Positions 53,611-64,000 of a stretch of DNA of 64,000 nucleotides are shown here, piece after piece. The translations under genes and the position numbers were made by a program. Where the stretch lies: assembly GCA_964016885.1 (NCBI GenBank), contig OZ024743.1, positions 179,180,001-179,244,000 of the forward strand, written 5' to 3'. Source of the stretch: Eledone cirrhosa. Lineage: Eukaryota. The first letter of the stretch is position 1. Every line of letters starts with the position of its first letter. Under the pieces are notes generated by a model. That model was not told where the DNA came from and did not search any database. It was given only the letters and a program-made list of their open reading frames with translations.

Positions 53611-53932
53611 TTAATAATGATAATAACCTTCTACTTCTCTTTTTCTCACTCATCCCTGGGGAGTTCATGTGGGCAGTGGTCTCAAGCACACCTTCCAGCC
53701 GGTTCTGTCAGATCCGACTCAATCCCCAAGAAGAAGATGGAGGAAAAGAAAAAGGAGAACACTTTTGGTACAAGGCCTATAATTTGGGGTAGGGGAATGT
53801 CGATTAAATCGACTCCAGCAATTGACTGGTATTTTATATTAACATTGTGAGGACGATTTGTGGATTTCTGGTGGCATTTGAAATCAGAACATAAACAGCC
53901 GCAACTGTCTGTATGTGGATGTGTAGATGTAC

Positions 53933-53995
<63 letters not shown>

Positions 53996-53999
<4 letters not shown>

Positions 54000-54395
54000 A
54001 ATTAGGCTGCTCAGCCGTTAATATGCATAAAGAAAGTATATACTTTCAAACGTTCAGTCATCTGACAGGAAGGTATACGATGCTGACGATAGCTAATAAG
54101 CTTGAAACTAGTTCATCGTTCCTTTGTCAGTGTTGAAGAAAATGGCAACGATGGTTGCCGAACACTGTACGGCTTATTTCGAGCTGTTTGTCTGCAAAAA
54201 AACCGAACATTATAATAAATGTTCGGTAAACCCATACGTACATATATATATATATATATATATGTGCATGTATGTATATATATACATACTACTGTACGTC
54301 TGTATACATATATGTATGTACGTATACATACTGATTTTTAAGTATCAGCCGTACTAAGAGTGAGAAATTTCATTTCATTTCATTCTTTTCCATTT
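53996..54395 (+). mobile_element. Second copy of the 433-bp retrozyme-like family
   Basis: Reverse complement of about 5213-5605; (TA)n on both sides. Confidence 0.85.
54077..54119 (+). ncRNA. Minimal type I hammerhead (GUU triplet)
   Basis: acgatg-CTGACGA-tagctaataagctt-GAAA-ctag-TT-catcgt. Confidence 0.85.
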
Positions 54396-54415
54396 GTATA
54401 TATGTATGTGTATAT

Positions 54416-54447
<32 letters not shown>

Positions 54448-54720
54448 GCGGAGGGTCATATTTGTGTAATATTGCCAGAATTAATAACAGAATACACTCA
54501 CTGTTTGGTTGGTTTTCGCTTTTCGCTTCTGTGTCTTTTATATCGGTAATCTAATTTATTCGGTCCTCAATGTTGCCATTGACTGACCGACAGTCAAAAA
54601 TAATACAGATACAATATAGACACAAACACATATATATAGTTTATCAAAGTCCTTTCGTTGCACATCTGCAACATCGTCTGTGGTGCTATTGTTTCCTCCC
54701 ATTACATTGTATGTCTACGC

Positions 54721-54843
<123 letters not shown>

Positions 54844-55203
54844 CGTATATGTATACAGACGTACAGTAGTATGTATATATATACATACATGCACACATAT
54901 ATATATATGTACGTATGGGTAATTCTCTGTGCTGTAAGGGATGGGGTTAACATTTTTATGACTTGAGCACTTGTTTCAGTGTATGTGTTTATGTGTAATA
55001 TGTATCTACTAGAATATGTGCGCAAATGTGAGCTAGCCCGTCTGTGTGTGTGCGTGTGTGTGCGCCTGTGTGTGTGTGTGTGTCTGTGTGTGTATAGACA
55101 TACATACCTACGTACGTATTCCGTCACAGACGCAGACACACTTGCAATTAACGCACTCACAGATACATGCATAATAACACAAACACAATATACGCACACA
55201 CAC

Positions 55204-55852
55204 ATGAAGGACTAACTTTATTCATATGTAACCCATTAGCAACCACGCAGCACGTTTATTCTCATATTTACACATTTTATTCTCCCGCTGTGACCCGTCT
55301 ATTTCGTTCTTACTGCTTCCTCTTTCTCTGTATCTTTACTCTAACAGTCACTCTCTCTGTTAGCCTCTTCCTCACCCTTCACTCACTCACTCTGTGTTAC
55401 TACCTCTCCTCCTCCTCCTTCTTCCCGTTTGACCTGTGTGTAATTCTTTTCTTTCGCACCCTTGGGCAGGCAGGTTCGTTTTTTTTCTCTCTCTCGTCTA
55501 TGATTTCACAGAACTTACGTTCACCGAATTCACAGACTAGATTCCTTCTTCCTTCCGTTGGACCTGTACGGAATTCCTTCCTTGCTCACATTCCAACCAG
55601 GTTTGATGGTCTTTATTCTCTCTCGTTCACGATTTCACCGAACTTATATTCATGGAAATTTGGGACTTGATTCTTACTTCCTCATTTTTCGTTGCTTCAC
55701 CATCTTTGTTTGTTTACACTCTCGTGTCCCCTTTATTTAAGTGTCCCAAAGACTTTTTTTAGCCGTTGCTCGCACCAAACGGAGGTATATAGTTTTTAAA
55801 GCGATGAAATACCAATGATGGTTGGAAGATCACTGATGAAGGACTAACTTTA

Positions 55853-55859
<7 letters not shown>
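55204..55859 (+). repeat. ~630-bp unit bounded by 24-bp direct repeats atgaaggactaactttattcatat
   Basis: Repeat at 55204-55227 and 55836-55859; the second copy ends at (TA)n. Confidence 0.65.
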
Positions 55860-55907
<48 letters not shown>

Positions 55908-56010
55908 AATTGAGGGCGGCTGACCGGGCTAGGAGCTGCTAAATGTTCTGCCGCCCTCTTGTCTTTGCTTTTCAGCCCCATGGATTTTGTCTATTATATT
56001 CCTTTGTTAA

Positions 56011-56078
56011 GTTTCAAATACCTGATGATGTCACCGGATTCATACTGAACCAGGTCACTGAAATGATCATAGTAAAAC
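56011..56078 (+). ncRNA. Type I hammerhead motif in a ~220-bp insert between (TA)n tracts
   Basis: gtttcaaatac-CTGATGA-tgtcaccggattca tac tgaaccaggtcact-GAAA-tgatca-TA-gtaaaac. The base of stem II is imperfect. Confidence 0.65.
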
Positions 56079-56439
56079 AAACCTTTTAAGGAATTACACC
56101 AGTTCAGCCTCCTGTTATTTTGTAATATATATATATATATATACGTATGTATGTATGTGCGTAAGATACCTATGTTATACGTGTGAGTGGATGGGTGTGA
56201 AATATGGTGGTGTTTTCAATAAAACAAAATACCATTAAACAGAATTTATGATGCATTTAATGTGGGTGGGCTGAAGTAGGGTGTTGATGGATTAGGTGGG
56301 GTGATGTCCCAATATTGCCAGAAATCTATTGTAGAAATCTTACAAGGTTAAAAGCGTAATCAGAAAAATGGGATATCTGAGCATGGTGGCTATGACAGCA
56401 AGGGCGACGGCGTTAATAACGGGGCTGTTGGAAATAGGG

Positions 56440-59400
56440 GTGGCGGTAGTGTTGTTAGTGGTGGTGTTAATGGTGTGGTAGTATTGTTGGGGCTGTTAGT
56501 AATGATGTTGTTACTAATGATGGTGGTGGTAGTGGTGGTGCTGGTACTGGTAGTAGTATTTGTGGTGGTGGTAGTGGTGGTGGTAGTGGTGATGGTAGTA
56601 GTATTAGTTGTGGTGGTGGTAGTAATGTTGGTGGTAGTGGTGATGGTAGTAGTATTTGAGGTGGTGGTGGTAGTAATGTTGGTGGTAGTGGTGATGGTAG
56701 TAGTATTTGTGGTGGTGGTGGTGTTAGTAATGTTGGTGGTAGTGGTGATGGTAGTGGTATTAGTGGTGGTTGTGGTAGTAATGTCGGTGGTAGTGGTGAT
56801 GGTAGTAGTATTAGTTGTGGTGGTGGTAGTAATGTTGGTGGTAGTGGTGATGGTAGTAGTATTTGAGGTGGTGGTGGTAGTAATGTAGCTCGTAGTGGTG
56901 ATGGTAGTAGTATTAGTGGTGGTGGTGGTACTAATGTTGGTGGTAGTGGTGATGGTAGTGGTATTTGTGGTGGTGGTGGTGGTAGTGATGTTGGTTGTAG
57001 TGGTGATGATAGTAGTATTCGTGGTGGTGGTGGTGGTAGTAATGTTCGTGGTAGTGGTGATGGTAGTAGTATTAGTGGTGGTGGTGGTAGTAATGTTGGT
57101 TGTAGTGGTGATGGTAGTAGTATTTGTGGTGGTGTTGGTGGTAGTAATGTTGGTGGTAGTGGTGATGGTAGTAGTGTTTGTGGTGGTGGAGGTAGTAATC
57201 TTGGTGGTAGTGGTGATGGTAGTAGTATTTGTGGTGGTGCTGGTAGTAATGTCGGTGGTAGTGGTGATGGTAGTAGTATTTGTGGTGGTGCTGGTAGTAA
57301 TGTCGGTGGTAGTGGTGATGGTAGTAGTATTAGTGGTGGTGTTGGTGGTAGTAATGTTGGTGGTAGTGGTGATGGTAGTAGTATTTGTGGTGGTGGTGGT
57401 GGTAATGTTGGTTGTAGTGGTGATGGTAGTAGTATTTGTCGTGGTGGTGGTAGTGGTGATAGTAGTAGTATTTGTGGTGGTGGTGGTAGTAATGTTGGTG
57501 GTAGTGGTGATGATAGTAGTATTAGTGGTGGTGGTGGTAGTAATGTTGGTGGTAGTGGTGATGGTAGTGGCATTAGTGCTGGTGGTGGTAGCAATGTTGG
57601 TGGTAGTGGTGATGGTAGTGGCATTAGTGCTGGTGGTGGTAGTAATGTTGGTGGTAGTGGTGACGGTAGTAGTATTAGTGCTGGTGGTGGTAGTAATGTT
57701 GGTGGTAGTGGTGATGGTAGTAGTATTAGTGGTGGTGGTGGTAGTAATGTTGGTGGTAGTGGTGATGGTAGTAGTATTTGTGGTGGTGGTGGTAGTAATC
57801 TTGGTGGTAGTGGTGATGGTAGTAGTATTTGTGGTGGTGGTGGTAGTAATCTTGGTGGTAGTGGTGATGGTAGTGGTATTTGTGGTGGTGGTGGTAGTAA
57901 TGTAGGTGGTAGTGGTGATGGTAGTAGTATTAGTGGTTGTGGTGGTAGCAATGTTACTGGTAGTGGTGATGGTAGTAGTATTTGTGGTGGTGGTGGTAGT
58001 AATGTTCGTGGTAGTGGTGATCGTAGTAGTATTTGTGGTGGTGGTGGTAGTAATGTTGGTGGTAGTGGTGATCGTAGTAGTATTTGTGGTGGAGGTGGTG
58101 GTAGTAATGTTCGTGGTAGTGGTGATGGTAGTAGTATTTGTGGTGGTGGTGGTAGTAATGTTTGGTGGTAATGGTGATGGTAGTAGTATTTGTGGTGGTG
58201 GTTGTAGTAATGTTGGTGGTAATGGTGATGGTAGTAGTATTAGTGGTGGTGGTGGTAATAATGTTGGTGGTAGTGGTGATGGTAGTAGTATTTGTGGTGG
58301 GGGTGGTAGTAATGTTTGGTGGAAGTGGTGATGGTAGTAGTATTAGTGGTGGTGTTGGTAGCAATGTTGGTGGTAGTGGTGATGGTAGTAGTATTGGTGG
58401 TGGTGGTGGTAAAAATGTTGGTGGGAGTGGTGATGGTAGTAGTATATGTTGTGGTGGTGGTGGTGGTGGTAGTAATGTTGTTGGTAGTGGTGATGGTAGC
58501 GGTATGTGTGGTGGTGGTGGTGGTGGTGGTAGTAATGTTGGTGGTAGTAATGTTGGTGGTAGTGGTGATGGTAGTAGCATTTGTGGTGGTGGTGGTAGTA
58601 ATGTTTGGTGGTAGTGGTAATGGTAGTAGTATTTGTGGTGGTGGTATTAATGTTGGTGGTAGTGGGATGGTAGTGGTATTTGTGGTGGTGTTGGTGGTAG
58701 TAATGTTGGTGGTAATGGTGATGGTAGTAGTATTTGTGGTGGTGGTGGTAGTAATGTTGGTAGTAGTGGTGATGGTAGTAGTATTTGTGGTGGTGGTGTT
58801 GGTGGTGGTAGCAATGTCGGTGGTAGTTGTGATGGTAGTAGTATTATTGGTGGTGGTGGTGTTAGTAATGTTGGTGGAAGTGGTGATGGTAGTAGTATTA
58901 GTGGTGGTGTTGGTAGCAATGTTGGTGGTAGTGGTGATGGTAGTAGTATTAGTGGTGGTGGTAGTAGTAATGTTGGTGGTAGTGGTGATGGTAGTAGTAT
59001 TAGTGGTGGTGGTGGTAGTAATGTTGGTGGTAGTGTTGATGGTAGTAGTATTAGTGGTGGTGGTGGTAGCAATGTTGGTGGTAGTGGTGATTGTAGTAGT
59101 ATTAGTGGTGGTGGTGGTAGTAATGTTGGTGGTAGTGGTAATGGTAATAGTATTTGTGGTGCTGGTGGTAGTAATGTTGGTGATAGTGGTGATGGTAGTA
59201 GTATTTGTGGTGGTGGTAGTGGTGATGGTAGTAGCATTTGTAGTGGTGGTGGTGGTAGTAATGTTGGTTGTAGTGGTGATGGTAGTAGTATGTGTGGTGG
59301 TGGAGGTAGTAATGTTGGTGGTAGTGGTAATAGTAGTAGTATTTGTGGTGGTGGTGGTGGTAATGTTGGTGGTAGTGGTGATGGTAGTAGTATTTGTGGT

Positions 59401-62400
59401 GGTGGTAGTGGTGATGGTAGTAGCATTTGTGGTGGTGGTGGTTGTAGTAATGTTGGTGGTAGTGCTGATGGTAGTAGTATTTGTGGTGTGGTGGTGGTAA
59501 TGTTGGTGGTAGTGGTGATGGTAGTAGTATTTGTGGTGGTGGTGGTGGTAATGTTGGTGGTAGTGGTGTTGGTAGTAGTATTTGTGGTGGTGTTGGTTGT
59601 AGTAATGTTGGTGGTAGTGGTGATGGTAGAAGTATTTGTGGTGTGGTGGTGGTAATGTTGGTGGTAGTAGTGATGTTATTAGTATCTGTGGTGGTGGTGG
59701 TTGTAGTAATGTTGATGGACGTCGTGATGGTAGTAGTATTTGTGGTGTGGTAGTGGTAGTAATGTTGGTAGTAGTATTAGTGGTGGTGGTGGTAACAATG
59801 TTGGTGGTAGTGGTGATGGTAGTAGTATTTGTGGTGGTGGTGTTGGTAGTAATGTTGGTAGTAGTGGTGATGATAGTAGTATTAGTGGTGGTGGTGGTAG
59901 TAATGTTGGTGGTAGTAATGTTGGTGGTAGTGGTGATGGTAGTAGTATTAGTGGTGGTGGTGGTAGTAATGTTGGTGTTAGTGGTGATGGTAGCAGTAAT
60001 TGTGGTGGTAGTGGTAGTAATGTTGGTAGTAGTGGTGATGATAGTAGTATTAGTGGTGGTGGTGGTAGTAATGTTGATGGTAGTGGTGATGGTAGTAGTA
60101 TTTGTGGTGGGGGTGGTAGTAATGTTTGGTGGAAGTGGTGATGGTAGTAGTATTAGTGGTGGTGTTGGTAGCAAGGTTGGTGGTAGTGGTGATGGTAGTA
60201 GTATTAGTGGTGGTGGTGGTAGAAATGTTGGTGGGAGTGGTGATGGTAGTAGTATATGTTGTGGTGGTGGTGGTGGTGGTAGTAATGTTGTTGGTAGTGG
60301 TGATGGTAGCGGTATGTGTGGTGGTGGTGGTGGTGGTGGTAGTAATGTTGGTGGTAGTAATGTTGGTGGTAGTGGTGATGGTAGTAGCATTTGTGGTGGT
60401 GGTGGTAGTAATGTTTGGTGGTAGTGGTAATGGTAGTAGTATTTGTGGTGGTGGTATTAATGTTGGTGGTAGTGGGATGGTAGTGGTATTTGTGGTGGTG
60501 TTGGTGGTAGTAATGTTGGAGGTAATGGTGATGGTAGTAGTATTTGTGGTGGTGGTGGTAGTAATGTTGGTAGTAGTGGTGATGGTAGTAGTATTTGTGG
60601 TGGTGGTGTTGGTGGTGGTAGCAATGTCGGTGGTAGTTGTGATGGTAGTAGTATTATTGGTGGTGGTGGTGTTAGTAATGTTGGTGGAAGTGGTGATGGT
60701 AGTAGTATTAGTGGTGGTGTTGGTAGCAATGTTGGTGGTAGTGGTGATGGTAGTAGTATTAGTGGTGGTGGTAGTAGTAATGTTGGTGGTAGTGGTGATG
60801 GTAGTAGTATTAGTGGTGGTGGTGGTTGTAATGTTGGTGGTAGTGTTGATGGTAGTAGTATTAGTGGTGGTGGTGGTAGCAATGTTGGTGGTAGTGGTGA
60901 TTGTAGTAGTATTAGTGGTGGTGGTGGTAGTAATGTTGGTGGTAGTGGTAATGGTAATAGTATTTGTGGTGCTGGTGGTAGTAATGTTGGTGATAGTGGT
61001 GATGGTAGTAGTATTTGTGGTGGTGGTAGTGGTGATGGTAGTAGCATTTGTAGGGGTGGTGGTAGTAATGTTGGTTGTAGTGGTGATGGTAGTAGTATGT
61101 GTGGTGGTGGAGGTAGTAATGTTGGTGGTAGTGGTAATAGTAGTAGTATTTGTGGTGTGGTGGTGGTAATGTTGGTGGTAGTGGTGATGTTATTAGTATC
61201 TGTGGTGGTGGTGGTTGTAGTAATGTTGATGGTAGTGGTGATGGTAGTAGTATTTGAGGTGTGGTAGTGGTAGTAATGTTGGTAGTAGTATTAGTGGTGG
61301 TGGTGGTAACAATGTTGGTGGTAGTGGTGATGGTAGTAGTATTTGTGGTGGTGGTGTTGGTGGTGGTAGTAATGTTGGTGGTAGTGGTGATGGTAGTAGT
61401 AGTTGTGGTGGTGGTGGTGGTAATGTTGGTGGTAGTGGTGATGGTAGTAGTATCTGTGGTGGTGGTGGTTGTAGTAATGTTGGTGGTAGTGGTGATGGTA
61501 GTAGTATTAGTGGTGGTGGTGGTAGTAATGTTGGTGGTAGTGGTGATGCTAGTCGTATTTGTGGTGGTGGTGGTAGTGGTGATGGTAGTAGTATTAGTGC
61601 TGGTGGTGGTAGTGGTGTTGTAGTAGTATTTGTGGTGGTGGTGGTAGTAATGTTGGTGCTAGTGGTGATGGTAGTAGTATTTGTGGTGGTGGTGGTTGTA
61701 ATGTTGGTGGTAGTGGTGATGGTAGTAGTATTTGTGGTGGTGGTGGTTGTAATGTTGGTGGTAGTGGTGATGGTAGTAGTATTTGTGGTGGTGGTGGTTG
61801 TAATGTTGTTGGTAGTGGTGATGGTAGTAGTTTTTGTGGTGGTGTTGGTAGTAATGTTGGTAGTAGTGGTGATGATAGTAGTATTAGTGTTGGTGGTGGT
61901 AGTAATGTTGGTGGTAGTGGTGATGGTAGTAGTATTAGTGGTGGTGGTGGTAGTAATATTGGTGGTAGTGGTGATGCTAGTCGTATTTGTGGTGGTGGTG
62001 GTGGTGGTAGTAATGTTGGTGCTAGTGGTGATGGTAGTAGCATTTGTGGTGGTCGTCGTAGTAATGTTGGTGGTAGTGGTGATGGTAGTAGTATTAGTGC
62101 TAGTGGTGGTAGCAATGTTGGTGGTAGTGGTGATGGTAGTGGTATTTGTGGTGGTGGTGGTAGCAATGTTGGTGGTAGTGGTGATGGTAGTAGTATTAGT
62201 GTTGGTGGTGGTAGTAATGTCGGTGATAGTGGTGATGGTAGTAGTATTTGTAGTGGTGGTGGTGGTAGTAATGTTGGTGGTAGTGGTGATGGTAGTAGTA
62301 TTTGTGGTGGTGGTGGTGGTAGTAATGTTGGTGGTAGTGGTGATGGTAGTAGTATTAGTGGTGGTGGTGGTAGTAATGTTGGTGGGAGTGGTGATGGTAA

Positions 62401-64000
62401 GAGTATTAGTGGTGGTGGTGGTAGTAATGTTGGTTGTAGTGGTGATGGTAGTAGTATTTGTGGTGGTGGTGGTAGTGGTGATAGTAGTAGTATTTGTGAT
62501 GGTGGTGGCAGTAATATTGGTGGTAGTGGTGATGATAGTAGTATTAGTGTTGGTGGTGGTAGTATTGTTGGTGTTAGTGGTGATGGTAGTGGTATTTGTG
62601 GTGGTGGTGGTAGTAATGTTGGTGGTAGTGGTGATGGTAGTAGTATTAGTGCTGGTGGTGGTAGCAATGTTGGTGGTAGTGGTGATGGTAGTGGTATTTG
62701 TGGTGGTGGTGGTAGTAATGTAAGTGGTAGTGGTGATGGTAGTAGTATTAGTGGTGGTGGTGGTAGTAATGTTGGTGGTAGTGGTGATGGTAGTAGTATT
62801 TGTGGTGGGGGTGGTAGTAATGTTTGTGGTAGTGGTGATGGTAGTAGTATTTGTGGTGGTGGTGGTAGTAATGTTGGTGGCAGTGGTGATGGTAGTAGTA
62901 TTAGTGGTGGTGGTGGTAGAAATGTTGGTGGCAGTGGTGATGGAAGCAGTATTTGTGCTGGTGGTGGTAGTAATGTTGGTGGTAGTGGTGATGGTAGTAG
63001 TATATGTTGTGGTGGTGGTGGTGGAGGTAGTAATGTTGGTGGTAGTGGTGATGGTAGCAGTAGATGTGGTGGTGGTGGTAGCCATGTCGGTGGGAGTGGT
63101 GATGGTAGTAGTATATGTTGTGGTGGTGTTGGTGGTGGTAGTAATGTTCGTGGTAGTGGTGATTGTAGTAGCATTTGTGGTGGTGGTGGAAGTAATGTTT
63201 GGTGCTAGTGGTGATGGTAGTAGTATATGTTGTGGTGGTGGTGGTGGTGGTAGTAATGTTCGTGGTAGTGGTGATTGTAGTAGCATTTGTGGTGGTGGTG
63301 GAAGTAATGTTTGGTGCTAGTGGTGATGGTAGTAGTATTTGTGGTGGTGGTATTAATGTTGGTGGTAGTGGGATGGTAGTGGTATTTGTGGTGGTGGTGT
63401 TGGTGGTGGTAGCAATGTCGGTGTTAGTTGTGATGGTAGTAGTATTACTGGTGGTGTTGGTGTTAGTAATGTTGGTGGAAGTGGTGATGGTAGTAGTATT
63501 AGTGGTGGTGGTGGTAGCAATGTTGGTGGTAGTGGTGATGGTAGTGGTATTTGTGGTGGTGGAGGTAGTAATGTTGGTGCTAGTGGTGATGGTAATAGTA
63601 TTTGTGGTGGTGGTGGTGGTAGTGGTGATGGTAGTAGTAGTAGTGGTTATGGTTGTGGTATTAATGTTGGTGGTAGTGGTAATGGTAGTAGTATTTGTGG
63701 TGGTGGTGCTAGTATTGTTGGTGGTAGTGGTGATGGTAGTAGTATTAGTGCTGATGGTTGTGGTAGTAATGTTGGTGGTAGTGGTATTAGCGGTGGTGGT
63801 GGTGGTAGTAATGTTGGTGGTAGTTGTCATGGTAGTGGTATTTGTGGTGGAGGTGGTTGTAATGTTGGTGGTAGTGGTGATGGCAGTAGTATTTGTGGTG
63901 GTGGTGGTAGTGGTGATGGTAGTAGTATTTGTGGTGGAGGTGGTGGTAGTAATGTTGGTAGTAGTGGTGATGATAGTAGTATTAGTGGTGGTGGTGGTAG
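56440..64000. repeat. GGT-rich minisatellite, ~51-bp unit (gtggtgatggtagtagtatttgtggtggtggtggtagtaatgttggtggta), running off the window end
   Basis: 17-residue periodicity in all translated frames; higher-order duplication with 1810-bp offset. Confidence 0.95.

Noticed and set aside
56467-63830. Extensin-, mucin- or glycine-rich protein-like long ORFs
   Set aside because: Open on both strands in several frames, frameshifted, with no unique N- or C-terminal domain; explained by the satellite.

Overview
AT-rich, microsatellite-saturated eukaryotic DNA. The SINE families and the (TA)n/(CA)n density suggest a cephalopod, probably Octopus (inference, no search run). No intact host protein-coding gene is supported, and most listed ORFs are translations of simple repeats. 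Recognisable elements: a degenerate near-full-length Penelope-like element (PLE, Naiad-type RT plus GIY-YIG remnant) with direct and inverted pseudo-LTRs (36.5-43.7 kb); a second PLE GIY-YIG fragment (2.6-3.3 kb); a near-full-length decayed L1/Tx1-type LINE (45.0-50.9 kb, -); a 5'-truncated R4/Dong-type RLE retrotransposon in (TAA)n (50.9-53.4 kb, +); a 897-bp internally deleted mariner with about 100-bp TIRs; RTE fragments; many tRNA-derived SINEs; and large mini/microsatellites. The main unannotated signal is about 20 type I hammerhead ribozyme (HHR) motifs, intact or degenerate, read by eye from at least 7 sequence families. Nearly all lie in short non-coding elements embedded in (TA)n. They occur as retrozyme-like direct repeats (555-nt and 433-nt units) or as fold-back palindromes with outward-facing ribozymes. 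Two families carry a compensatory U3-A8 core, and one has a CUGA-NN-GA core. Together these suggest a set of PLE-mobilised, ribozyme-bearing non-autonomous retroelements, possibly with circular RNA intermediates. All folds were assigned by eye and need computational and experimental confirmation.
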